Positions 1 to 12,179 are shown, numbered from the stretch's first letter. The stretch: 64,000 nucleotides of DNA from Callorhinchus milii (GCF_018977255.1 NW_024704742.1:131318001-131382000), one strand, 5' to 3'. Translations and numbers: made by a program. Notes: generated by a model not told the origin, from the letters alone.

Positions 1-167
1 CTATTTTGTTAAATTTGGGCTTACACTGGGTTTTAGTTCAACTTTCTGACAAACATAAACATTCATACTATTGACACATCAAAGATAATGCTGATACTTA
101 TTTATTATTATTATTATTATACTATCACTCGCGGGTGATGGACGATGTTTACCGTGTTCCAGAACAT

Positions 168-222
168 TCAGATCTTTTTAGTCAATGCCGTTATAAAGGT
201 AACGAGAGGCCTGACATATTCC
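168..222 (-). CDS. Candidate terminal coding exon (A)EYVRPLVTFITALTKKI*
   Basis: Minus-strand acceptor tgtttcag|G at 223/222, TGA at 170-168 and AATAAA at 106-101 (inside an AT microsatellite). Phase matches the candidate exon at 390-450. No homologue recognised. Confidence 0.25.
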
Positions 223-389
223 CTGAAACACTGGCGTCAAAAATTGAAACCCGCTGGGCAGAGCAGACCCTCTGTCTCTGCCTGGTCCTGTAGCAAAACA
301 CAGTTGTCAGTGACTGAATGTCTGTGTAAGTCAATGTGACAAAGACAAAGACAACATATGTGTCTATGTGTAGGTGTTGCTGCACTCAC

Positions 390-450
390 GCTATTTTCCA
401 CCTCAAATTCAACGCTGAAACTGTTCTCCATAAGGCGCTTGTTTCAAACC
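390..450 (-). CDS. Candidate penultimate exon (x)FETSALWRTVSALNLRWKI(A)
   Basis: Acceptor cattcccag|G at 451/450 and donor GC|gtgagt at 390/389. The 61 nt are open and splice in frame to 222-168 across a 167-nt intron. Confidence 0.25.
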
Positions 451-1959
451 CTGGGAATGTTACAGAAACTCTGGCACACATGGAAAACAATGCAAGATGC
501 AAAGTGATGATTATCATTTCTTCCCACTCTCCGCGCCCCACCACCACCCCCTTGGTTTTCATGTTTTCTCTGTTACTGAGGAAGCCAAACACATTGCTCA
601 TTATACAACAAGGAGTACTAATAGTACTAGATGAGCACATCATTTATAAAGTAATGCAAAGACTATTTCTGCAATTGCACCAAATTCCTAGTCACTACTA
701 CTGAAGGTAAGGCTCGCTGCAAGGAAGTGATGGTTAGTGTACTCAAGCCAGGGGAGCACAGTGCAGGCACAGAATAAAGCTCCCTCCTTCTAAAAATAAA
801 TATGTTTATTTCCCTTTTTAACTGTCCTGTGCGTGTCTGAATGAGATTAGCAGCTTATATAGAGTGATACGGCAAAGAAATATGCCATTCGGCCTAACTA
901 GGCCGTGCCAAGCCCAACTAGTCCATGCAATGCAGTAAGTCCAATTTACTGTTGAATTAAGGATGGTTTTGTCTTGTGAATCCATACTCTCTAAGAAATA
1001 ACTGGAGCTAATGCAAGCTTCTTGAAGTCTGGTTGCAAAACTCTAACGTGTAGCGACTGTCTGTAATTTGCAGCAAACGTGGCAGCCAATTTGTGAACAG
1101 CAACGTCCCACAAACAACCATGAATCAATTTTAATCAATTTTATCTGGGTGGGATCATTCGTCAGGGCAACCAGGAGAAACTCCCTTTCTCTGTGAGAAG
1201 GAGGAATGGGTGGGGGAGAGTGAAAGGAAGTGAAAAAGAGAAAAAAAGAGTTTGAAGACGAGGAGGTGGGGGGGAGGGATAGAAGATGAAAGATTCAAAG
1301 GAGTGAAACTGCGACGGGGAGGTACATATTTTATTATAAGTTATAGCTTTCAAGTTAGATTTATTACTTTATTAATCAAAGTCAATTTCTATGAAGTAAT
1401 CCACTGATGTAAGAAAAAGACGCTGAATCAGTCTTTTTTACCCCCATCAATATGATCCAGGGTTTGTACTGTACACCAGGCCTTTCATTCTGGATTTAAT
1501 CCAAATCTAAAACGAATTCTCACTAAGAGTCCTAGTTGAAATCATTTGCATTGGCTTTTTGGTTCCTTTCTTGGGCATTAACATTGATGTAACGTGAGAG
1601 AGAGAGAGAGCTACCGGGGCAACTGTAGCAAAGACAGGCATCTCGAGAATTTGACACCAGAACACAGCAAAAATTGGAGAAATTGTATTGGGTGACTAAC
1701 ACACGTTTGCTAGAGTCCAATGCATATCCTTCAACTCTGGCTCAGTAAATGATGTACAACATATGTAGTTTTACATATACTGTAGAGCCAGCACGGAAGC
1801 AGAACATTCTAGTCCTTGCCGGTGTTTATACTCCACATAGGTCTGACGTCTTTGTGCAGGTTATATAATTCCTCCTAAAATTGAGGGAGTATAACCATCC
1901 CATAGGCAGAAGAAGCAGTGTGGAAAACTTTGGCAGATAGATACAAAGTAGTGGGCTAA

Positions 1960-2310
1960 TAGTAATAATCATCATCATCATTATCATCTTTGCCTTTGAT
2001 ATAGCCTCTTATCACACCATTGAGATGTTTCAAGGGGCTTCACTGGATTTACTGTAAGGTGCATTAACTATATATTTTGTAGGCGAATGCGGCAGCTAAT
2101 TTGCACACAGCAGTATCCCACAAACAGCCATGAAGTGAATTACTTTTTTTTAAATCTGGAGGATTGTTGGCCAAGACACTGGGAGAAACTCCCTACTCTC
2201 TTTGGAATATTTAACGTCCCATCTGAACAAGCAGACAAGATCTCAGTTCAACGTTTCACCCAAAGAATGGCATCTCCTACAAAGCAATGCTCCCCCAACA
2301 ATGCACTGAA
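1960..2310 (-). mobile_element. SINE-B (DeuSINE-like), 5'-truncated
   Basis: Reverse complement of the Deu-type body (cagatgggacgttaaa...gggagtttctcc...ggctgtttgtggga) plus L2-type tail; matches the other SINE-B copies in the window. Confidence 0.8.
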
Positions 2311-3077
2311 GTATCAGCTTAAACAACGTGAGATCAATGTCCCTCAAAATAGCACTTGAGCCCACAATATGAGATTCATTCGAGGAAAAAATAACGTAAA
2401 CAATGCTGGCCAGAGCGATTTGAATGAAATGTAAGCTGGAAGTGGAACTGAGAGTTTGAGCATTGAGTGACAAGGCAGTGTTCGATAATCTTCAGCCACT
2501 TGAATTGGAGCCACCAGATCTATTCACTTACAAACAGCTTTGAGGATATGAATGTTGGTAAACACAGGCCACTTATGTACTTCATTACTAATCTGCAGCA
2601 GAATTAATGATGGATATATTTATACAGCGAAAATAATATTTAGCACCAGGGGCTCGACTGTGCAATGCATTCACAGATTGGATTGCAAAGCTACTGTTTG
2701 CTGATACCATTCAAAAGTCATAGTGAGACTGACATGTGCGACATAATATTCCCGCTTCACATTATCAAGCAATCTTACTGAATATTTACAGTGGGATGCA
2801 ACTCTGCTGTTTTTTTGTTGTTTATTAACTGTATTGTTATAGATGCATTACACACCTGCTTGATGCTTATTCCTATTGTGTTTTATGTTCTTGAATGTTA
2901 ATTCATTGTAACTCATAAATGTGCTGTGATGTTTGGAACATGACAAAGCCATCTTATCATGTAAGAGTATAATAATAATAACCCTTGCATTTGATATAGC
3001 GCCTTATCATGTTGTTGAGACGTCTTTATTATAAATAATAATATTTATTATTCTCAATGAAGTGAATACATATAATC

Positions 3078-3130
3078 ATAGAATTATACAGCTCAGAAGG
3101 AGGCCATTCGTCCCATCATTTCCATGCTGT
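3078..3130 (-). mobile_element. CR1 LINE 3' terminus fragment
   Basis: atcatagaattatacagctcagaaggaggccattcg is the reverse complement of the CR1 3' end also seen at 45290-45333 and 60839-60880. Confidence 0.7.
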
Positions 3131-3137
3131 ACTATAC

Positions 3138-3418
3138 CTTGTGGGCGAAACGCGGCAGCCAATTGCGCATAGGAGTGTCCCACAAACTGTCATGGATTGA
3201 CCAAATTATTATTATTTTTTTATTTATTTTTGAAGGGTTTATTGACCAAATTATTATTATTATTTTATTTATTTTTGAAGGGTTTATTACCCGTGGAAAG
3301 CGGAAAACAGAGGCATGTGGAGTAAGGAAACTTGCATAAGATTTCGCCCTGCCTGGAATTGATCTGAGTCCTCTCGCTTGCAAGGTGAGTGCTCTAACCA
3401 ATACGCTACGGGGCTCCA
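3138..3418 (-). mobile_element. SINE-A copy lacking its tail, with internal 45-bp duplication
   Basis: tRNA-like head at 3345-3418 and Deu-like segment at 3138-3200; a detached tail piece lies at about 2970-3025. Confidence 0.85.
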
Positions 3419-3989
3419 GTATAGCATACAAATAAAAACACCTCACGTACACATTCTGAATGGCCCTCCAATCATGCAGTGCAGTAAATCTGCTATATTC
3501 CAGCATTTTGTCACAAGTTATGCAATTCACAAGGAGAGAATCCAGAACTAAAGCACTGAGGGAGGTTATTCTTTCAGCACAGTGGGAGATGCTGAACTTG
3601 AATAGAGGTACACGCTTCTTGTCTTTGTATCAAGTCCAGAACGAAACAAATACTCGCGTCTTACCTAGGTTCCTGAAAGAAATAGACTGGGGATGGAGAC
3701 AGCCCCTGCGAACTTTACATTTCATTTCATTCAGGTTGACGAGAACTCCTCTCCAGAGAGAAGTGAGAGGCAGCTGGGGATCTGATCTTGTGCCCAATTT
3801 GTAATGCGGTAAAGTTACAAAGTTATAAATTAGTCTAAAAGAAAGAGGTGAAAGTTGGATGATGTGACGTTAGCATTTCTCAATGGTTTGCGAGACACTT
3901 CTACGACTGTTTGTGAGACACTGCTGTGTGAAATTGGATGCCGTGTTTCGCCTACAAAATATTACAGTAAATCTATATTGCAGTATAAT

Positions 3990-4309
3990 GGAGTCCTGTA
4001 GCTCAGTGGTTAGAGCACTCGCCTCACAAGCGAGAAACCTGGGTTCGATTCCCGGCAGGGCGAAAACTTGGGTAAGTTTCCTTACTCCACACGTGTGATG
4101 ATAATCCCTCAAGAAAAAAAAACAATAATAATTTGGTCACTTCAATCCACGACTGTCTGTGGGACACTGCTGTGTGCAATTGGCTGCCGCGTTTTGCCCA
4201 CAAAAATGCAGTCAATTCACTTTACAATATATTCTGTGAAGCGCTTTGAAACGTCTGGAAGACATGAAAAGCGCTGTATCAAATTCAAAGATTATTATTT
4301 ATTATTATT
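3990..4309 (+). mobile_element. SINE-A, internally deleted (short) form, nested in an older SINE tail
   Basis: ggagtcctgtagctcagtggttagagc (A box) ... gggttcgattccc (B box), Deu-like segment and (ATT)n tail. The flanks 3896-3988 and 4310-4330 are two halves of an older SINE tail. Confidence 0.92.
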
Positions 4310-6085
4310 CTGTGAAGCTCTTTGAGACCTCCCAAAGGGCTTCACAGAATATACTGCAATGTGGATTCACTGTATATTTCATAGGAGAAATGTATTATTA
4401 TTTATTATATAATTATTAATTATTTACAATCATAATTATTAATTCCACAGATCAAGCAGATTCAGCTGTTCGCAAACCAGAGGTGCGAACACCCTGACTG
4501 AATCCTGATGGATTAACCACCACCGTTCGTGTGACAACGTGCGAGACCAGTCAGTGCAATGACATAGTCTAGAAATAACAGCTTAAAGTTCTCCGATGGT
4601 CAATATTGAATTACACGGTTCTTCATAGTGAGAAAGTGAGCAGCTGCTTGGGAGTTTTTTTTTTGACCTACATTATCAACCTTTCCCACAATCAATCCAC
4701 GGAGATGGCAGAGGAATAAAATAACTATCAGCCCGTCCTCTTAACAACAGAAGCCCGTTTTGTGAACAGACACAAGGCTTTTGAGACTGTTCATTACTGC
4801 AAGGAATTAGATTCAAATATTAATAGTTGCGAAATGTGCCTACATACAACCGAGGCAAGCAATATTGCCTCATTAATTTTTATTACGGAAAAGTTCCTTA
4901 TGTGACCAGAGAATAATGCAACATGTGTCTCTATATCTATCTGCACAGCGAGTGCAATCCTAACTATATCACTGAGTCCCAAATTAAGAATCCCTTATCT
5001 GCAGCGGAGAGGGGGAAAAAAACGGTATCTGTTTCAGAATAGAAGTATTCCGTGTTAATGGCTGTTGATAAAATGCATCTGGGCCAAATGGAACAAAATA
5101 ATTTCATTCTTCTGATAAACCTTGAGGGTCGTTTACATATAAATGAAGCCCCATGTGTCGCCGCTGTTGACCCCATCTATTCTGTGAGACAATAAAGCCA
5201 CTGAACTCATCTCAAAAATTTATGGATACCTAGTTTCTGCGAGACAGGATTTGCTGTGTTGCATTAAAAATCTTTCTTATTCTTCCTGCGCTATCCTGTG
5301 GTTCAGGCCTTTGGAACACATTCCCTTTGCTCTCTTGTTTTAAATTCGAAGTTCGAGGGAATTAGACGAGTTTCCTGTGAATCTTGTCATTGAAATACTT
5401 AAGATTGTGCGGCAAATAATAAGGTTCTGACTTTGTCGTGCTGTCTGCTCACTGAGTGATGCCACCTTTCAGCGTACTCCAAATGCAATGGCTGTAACAT
5501 AATTTGTGTGAGCGCCGGTTTGTTACACGTTTCCGTTCTGTCCTCAAGAAATTGCTCACTGATGCCTGAAATGGTTTACAGTATACCTGCTCAATGTGTT
5601 TATTAGTCCAATTAAGAACTGTATAGTACGTCACTCTGAGGCACTATTCTTCAGGAATGCAAGTTATAATAATAATTCTTGCATTTGATACAGCGCCATA
5701 TCACATCGTTGCGAGGTCTCAATGCTCTTCACATTGAAGAGCTTTGCTATGCACAGAATTTATAAATTTATTTAACAAAGTAATAAATAGATAACGTAAT
5801 AAATTATTAAATAAAATTGTTGCGTTTGTGAACTGACACAGTAAAATCTACACCTCCAGCTCGGGGGCCCATCCAGTACTGCGTAGAGCCCTCCCGACGG
5901 GAAACAACAACAAAATGTTGCACTTATATTGCGCCCCTCACTTAGGGCAGCTTCCCAGAGATCTTAAAGTACCTGTGTAAATGTAGACTGTATTTAACTG
6001 CGCAGACTTGCCCCAGCAGAGATGAAAGGTGGCTACAGCAGGAGATGTGCTGCTTTCTCCACCGATTGGTATCAACATTTTTGGA

Positions 6086-6208
6086 TTGATGAAGAGTCAG
6101 ACCCGAAACACGAACCTATCTTTCTCTTTCAGATGCTGATCGACCTGCTGTGAATTCACAGCGTTTTTTCTGCTTTCTTTTTACATTTCCAGGACTCGGC
6201 TGTGTTTT
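6086..6208 (+). mobile_element. Penelope-like element remnant with decayed minimal hammerhead ribozyme motif
   Basis: TTGATGA-agagtcagaccc-GAAAC at 6086-6109, followed by tttctctttcagatgctgatcgacctgctg..., resembling the recalled hammerhead-bearing Penelope repeat of fishes. The core C is mutated. Confidence 0.6.
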
Positions 6209-6459
6209 TTTTAAAGTTGATTTCAACTTCGCTGTCGTTCACGGTCTCGAACGACGTTTGCTCAGTTCAGCGCTCGGTCTATTATAGCGAGGCCTCGGGT
6301 GCGAAGCAAACAAGGAGAACAGTGTAATACTCTGATTTCTACAATAAGCAGACATGTCGGGACCATTGTTCTACTCTGCAGCAGTTCGGCAAATGAGTTT
6401 ATTGAGGGACACTGTCAAGATGTTACAAGATGTGCCGCTTTACCCTTGAGCTCAAGCAT

Positions 6460-6768
6460 GATAATAAACATGGCATTTGATACAACACCTTTCAGGTCAA
6501 GAGGACGTCTCGAAGTGTCACCCTGTACAGTGCAGTGACTGTGTATTTTGCAGGCGAACCCAGTAATGGCAATTTGCGCACAGCAGTGCCCCAAAAACAG
6601 CTATGAAGTGAATGACCAATTTTTTTTGTGTGGGGACATTGTTGGTCAGGACACCGGGAGACAAACCCTTCTCTTTTCAAATAGGGCACTGAGATCTTTA
6701 ATGGCCACCTGAACAGGCAGTCAGGACCTCGGTAAAACGTCTGTTCTGAAAGACGACACCTCCATCAA
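6460..6768 (-). mobile_element. SINE-B (DeuSINE-like), 5'-truncated
   Basis: Matches the SINE-B body and tail in reverse. Confidence 0.8.
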
Positions 6769-7959
6769 TATATTTCAGCCACAAAATATAGAATCAATTT
6801 ACTTTACGATATATTATGTGAAGTACAACAAAAACAACTTGTATTTATATAGAGCCCTCCACGCCGGGCGGCAGTCCAGAGAGCTTAGAGACATTTCAAA
6901 GACATGATAAGACGCTATATCAAATGCAAGGATTATTATTATTATCAATGCAACGCTCCCACAGCATTGCATTGGAGTATCAATCCCGGTTTGAATCCAC
7001 AACCTTAGAAGTCCGAGCTCTACCAAGCAAGGTTAGGAGATTATTCCACATAAATACCAATCTGTAGGAAAGCAAATCTTCTGATCTCTAGTCCCACTAG
7101 ATGTTTTTTAAATGTAAACCTAAGCACTTCAGCACCTCTTTACTTCTTAGACCATTTTGTGTATGATCCTGGACTAAACGATTGCAGGAGCCAACATCTG
7201 GATAATGAGTGAAATAATTGCCACCGAAAAAGCAAACCAAAACTCATTATGTAACGTAATGAAACCACAGGGAAAGATAGAGGGAACAAAGACATCAGGA
7301 AAATGGATTCAAATGTAAAATAAAACAAAATAGTGAGCAATTTGTCATGGCTGTTTAGTCCAAGGTCGATAGCAATGAGCTGAGAACAATTCTCCTAACA
7401 CTGAGTTAGCCTGCATGACAAAAGGAGACCCAGCAGGTTGTGTATTGGAGCACAGTGGAAATACTGATACATCAACGCCTTTGCTGGGGAGGGAGTGATA
7501 TGTCACTGCTGGAGTCCTACAGAGAGACGACAGTGCTCACGATGCTTTTCTTTTGTTCTTATTTAGAAGGTATAACCCGAATTGAATAAAACATCTCTCC
7601 TGAAAGACCACGCCTCCATCAACACTGCACTCCCCCAGCACTGCAATGGAGCATCATTCTCGACATGGGGCTTGAACCCACAACTGTTTGACTTGGAAGC
7701 CAAAGCACTACCAAGCAAGGTTGGGAGTTTATTCCACATAAACGTGCTTGAATCCGAATTTCCCAAACCCTTCATAATCCTGAATATCTCCGCGACAATC
7801 GCGTTATTTCATGGGAAAAAGCTACATTGGGGTGTTAGGCGAATCAGGTTGGTGCAGTTGGATGCTAATGAGATCTCCTGTTATCCTCACCCAAAAGGCC
7901 GCTGCTTGTAACACTCAATGGAATTTTTATCCGTTAGACCTCTCTGATCATGCAAGAAA

Positions 7960-8130
7960 ATCATAGAAATTTACAGAGCAGAGGGAGGTCATTCGGCCCA
8001 TCAAGTCTGCATTGATTCTCATAGCAATGCTGTCCTTTCTATCCCACTGACCCTGCTCTATCCCCATACCCCTTAAAGGCTATATTTAACACACTACTTG
8101 TCTACTTCCCTCTTGAAACCTACAATGGAC
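7960..8130 (-). mobile_element. CR1 LINE 3' fragment
   Basis: atcatagaaatttacagagcagagggaggtcattcggccc CR1 terminus plus degenerate ORF2 end. Confidence 0.6.
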
Positions 8131-9598
8131 TCTACAATGGATCAGTGGTGAAACGTACCTGAGAAATGCGGAAAATCCAAATTTGAATTAAATTCTTGCC
8201 TGCCCTAAATCTTAAACTTTAAGCCAAATTGTGAATTCTTTTTACAGGCTAAAACTGGGTGGAATCTCAGGTCTCAGATGTGGTCTCACCAACGTCCACG
8301 GACAAAATAATAATAACTCCTTATTGAGTCGTCCCAAAGCGCTTCACAGAATCTACTGTAAAGTGAACTGACTGTATATTTTGTGGTCGAAACGTAAATG
8401 TAAAATGACCTCTCTTTGATTTTTTTTGCGTCATACCCTTGGCTAATGCTTCCCTACGGATACGTTGGGAATTGCATCCGCATGTGGGAAATGTGCCAAT
8501 GCTTGTTCGCTTGCTGCCGAGTGTAATCACAGCCAGATGGAGCCGGGCCTGTCTGATTCATCAACAGGATGAGTCTTCAGCAGCTTGTGGAGACCTGACA
8601 CGCCGAGAGAGAGAGGCAATGGGAACAATGGAAAGGAGGGACCGAGAAAAGTCCATTCGATTCATCCAGCTGAGGGACTTATTCCTTCCCCATACCAAAT
8701 GTGGTGCCCGCAATCAACTCCATAACAGGCTCCGTCCAGCCCACGGTGCAATGTACTCAGCAAACATTCCTCAAAGATCAACCCAACAAATTCTCCAAGA
8801 ATGTAAATGGTTAAAAGAAAAGTTACGTTTCATATGTCGCTAATTATCACAACAACAACAACAACAACAACAACTTGCCTTTACATGGTGCCCCTCGTGC
8901 AGGATAGGGTCTTGGAGCGCTGACGCTATCACAGTTAAATCTGTCAACGCAAACGTCGCACTTCCCCACCTGATCCTGAAGACTGGAAATGAACTCTTCC
9001 CACTTTGCTCACCCGACCACCCTCCCATCACATGGGGCATCCTTCCCTCTGATTGGCCATCAGTCAACCCAATGGCTCATCTGTCTTAAAAAGGACCAAC
9101 CCTTTTACTCAGCACCCCCCCACTTTCCCCCCCACCACCCTCCCCCCCACCACCCACCACGAATATTTTCACCCACCACCGATGGGGCAATGTATTGTTT
9201 AGGGGGAACCATTATGATCAGGTCATTGAGGGTGGAGGGTTAAGAAGAGACATACTTTTTCCCTCCTCAGTCAAATTACTTTGGTACAATGATTCACTTT
9301 GAACGGGCTCCAATTCTCATTCGGAACAGGCTGTTCCTGCGTTGGTATTCCCTAGCGTGTTTTAAAACAAAATTATGACTCGTCATAACTACCCCCCAGC
9401 AACAACCTGATCACAATGCATGATCACTCAACGATGTGATAAGGCGCTATATCAAATGCAAGAATTATTAAAATGATTAAAACATAATAAACCTTTGCAT
9501 TTCCTTGCAGTTTGGTTAAAGGCAGCACAGGCACAATGCGGGCTGACTGCCGTCTCTTTGGGTTGTATGACTTGAAGGCTTCCCAATTAGGTAGTTGT

Positions 9599-9999
9599 GT
9601 GGAGTCCTGTAGAGTATTGGTTAAAACATTTGCCTCGCAAGCGAGAGGACCCAGGTTCAATTCCTGGGCACGGCGAAACATTAGGTATGTTTCCTTACTC
9701 CTCACACTTCTGTTTACCTAACAGTAAGTAGGAACCCGATTGTTAGTCGATCAGGCTTTTCCGGGGGTAACAATCCATCCGAAAAATAAATTAATTAAAA
9801 TAATAAAAAATATTTAAAACATTATAATTTATTCAATCAATCCACGACTGTTTATGGGACACTGCTGTGCGCAATTGGCTGCCACATTTCACCCATGAGA
9901 TATACAGTCAATTCAATTTACAGTATATTCTGTGAAGCACTTTCGAGACATTTCAAAGACGTGATAAGGCACTATATCAAATGCAAGGATTATTATTAT
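9599..9999 (+). mobile_element. SINE-A, full-length long form
   Basis: tRNA-like head, central ctgtttacctaacagtaagtaggaaccc block, Deu-like segment, stem-loop and (ATT)n tail. Confidence 0.9.
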
Positions 10000-10716
10000 A
10001 ATAATCTTTGCATTTCATATTGCGTCATTGAAATGTCTCAGAGCAGTTTAGTGTAGAGTGTAGTGACTGTGTGTTGTGAAGGTGAAATTTTGCAGTAGAG
10101 TATTTTATTTCAACTGTTTTTTTTCCCCGGAGTATGAGAGAGGGCGTAATGTTACGTCAAAAATACTTTTCCTACACCCCCCTCTCCTTGTGCCTTCCAC
10201 TTCTAAGACATCTTTCGCAACTAAGCACTCTGGGATGCTACCCTGCTTGAGGAGTGCTGTATAAATGCAAGTTGTTGTTGTTATTGTATAGGTTTGCTCA
10301 CAATGAGCTCTGGCTTGACGCTGATGTGAACTCTGCACAATATACAACCCAAGAAGTGAGATGCAGCACAAATCACCATGATTCATCTGCTGGCATTTCT
10401 AATTATTTAGTTCACTGCTGCTGTCATTTCAGAATAAATAGTAATCTTTTGCTTAAGAGATGTGAGGTTAGGTGCTGACTGTATATCAAAATGTGAGTGA
10501 ATTATATGAAATTGTTCCTCTATAATGCAGCTTTTTTTTATAATTTCTATTTCTCTAGATGCTGTGGATACAGATTACCATCAGATCTGGTCTGGTGTAA
10601 ATTGATATCTGTGGCTGAAATTTCTCAACGTAAAGGCAGATGTGTGTTTGTGTGAATGAGCCATGCTTTACGAGCTACTTTAGATGCTGTGAGTGAAATG
10701 TGATTAACAACAAATG

Positions 10717-11300
10717 TTTTTTTTTAGGTCAGCCAGGTGTCTGACACATGTGGAAACCCATCACCGTGCTTAAGAGTATCCAAACCAAACTGAAAATTCC
10801 ATGCATCCCAGCTAATCATGGAAATACCAGAGATATTTATTGGAATGGAATGCGCACTCTCTTCCTGGAGGGACACATCCTACATACCTAATTCCACCAA
10901 GTATTAGGTGTAGGTTGGCAAGAGCCAAGGCTTGAGGACCCCAGAATATTCATTAGAGTACTGCTGGAGTCTAACCAGCTAACACTGCATAGCATGTAAT
11001 CAAGGCACCGCCTGGCAAACTTTCTTGCTGCTTGTTCAGCTAGGACCACCTTACCTTTTAGGGCTTTGGCTTGCAGGGTTAACAGGAGCTGATTGGGAAG
11101 AAACCTTGCCCCCTCCCCCAATGGATGGTCTGCCCTTCCAAGTCCTGCCAATGAGCCAGCCTGGCTGTGCCCTAGAATACTGCGGACCTACCCGGCTCAG
11201 AAATTGGACTTTCGAGACCTCCACAGCGGGGTGGCTTGATTCTGACATTCCATTGGCAAACATATCATCTTGGAGCCATTTAAGCTCCAAGGAGAATCCG
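10717..11300 (-). mobile_element. Unclassified A-tailed interspersed repeat, copy A
   Basis: Aligns by eye with 26150-26727 and 34822-35098 (both in the opposite orientation). T9 at 10717-10725 reads as poly(A) on the minus strand. Confidence 0.7.
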
Positions 11301-12179
11301 CTTACCTCACCCCTAACATCCAAGGGGAATAGTCAAATGGGTCTCCAGGTTAGGTCTGCATATCATACATTACTCTACTGGAATATAGTGGAAAGGAGTT
11401 TCTCCCAGTGTGCAGACCAACAATCCCCACAGATGAAATTGGTGATTTACTTCATGGCTCTTTGTGGTGCATTGCATTTTAAAAAATTGACAGTCCCCTT
11501 CTGATCCCAACTCCCAGCTCAGGTCCAAAACCCCTGATTATACAAGTGTAATTTGTTGTTTTGTTGCATTCTCCCACGAATACAGTCACTACATTTCACA
11601 CTAAACCCTTGTGCAGAATGTTTAGATGTCCTATCAGTGTGATGAGGCACAATGTAAAATACAATATTCAGGATTGATGCACCATGTTAGAGTATCCACA
11701 ATTTGTCAATTTTTTTAAACACGGATTTAATTCCGAAACCTATTTTTTCCAGAAGATCCTTCGAATAGCTACCGAAAACTGACTTCAAAGTCAAGATTGG
11801 ATTCAACAATTTGCCAAATTTATGGATGGTTTAGAATGCTACATTAATTGAGTAAATTTAGATTCAGGTGGAATTTATCCCCATTGGGTATATTTAATGC
11901 ATTTCTTTTAAACCTTTCTTTGTATGAAATCAGCCCACCACTGGATGCAGCAATTTGCAATGAAATGATCTGGGTTTTGACCCCCAGCTGTGTTAAATAT
12001 AACCGGAACATATTTTAAGAATGTCACAGCAAACTTTAACTGGGCCAGAGTAAGATATAAAGAGTGGGATTAACACAGTAGTGGGAATGTATGTTTGTTA
12101 TACGGTAGAATTCTGCTTAAAGGGGTTGTTTTAACTTGTCACACGTCACATCACATAATATCACAAGATAGCTGTGGTT

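Noticed and set aside
3992..4063. Genuine tRNA gene
   Set aside because: It continues into a SINE body and tail, has a 1:72 mismatch and has many dispersed diverged copies.
4848..5565. Further minus-strand exons (5565-5453; acceptor near 4999 giving DKGFLIWDSVI*)
   Set aside because: Splice-like ends exist, but the phases do not join the 450-390 frame and no peptide was recognised. Compatible with chance.
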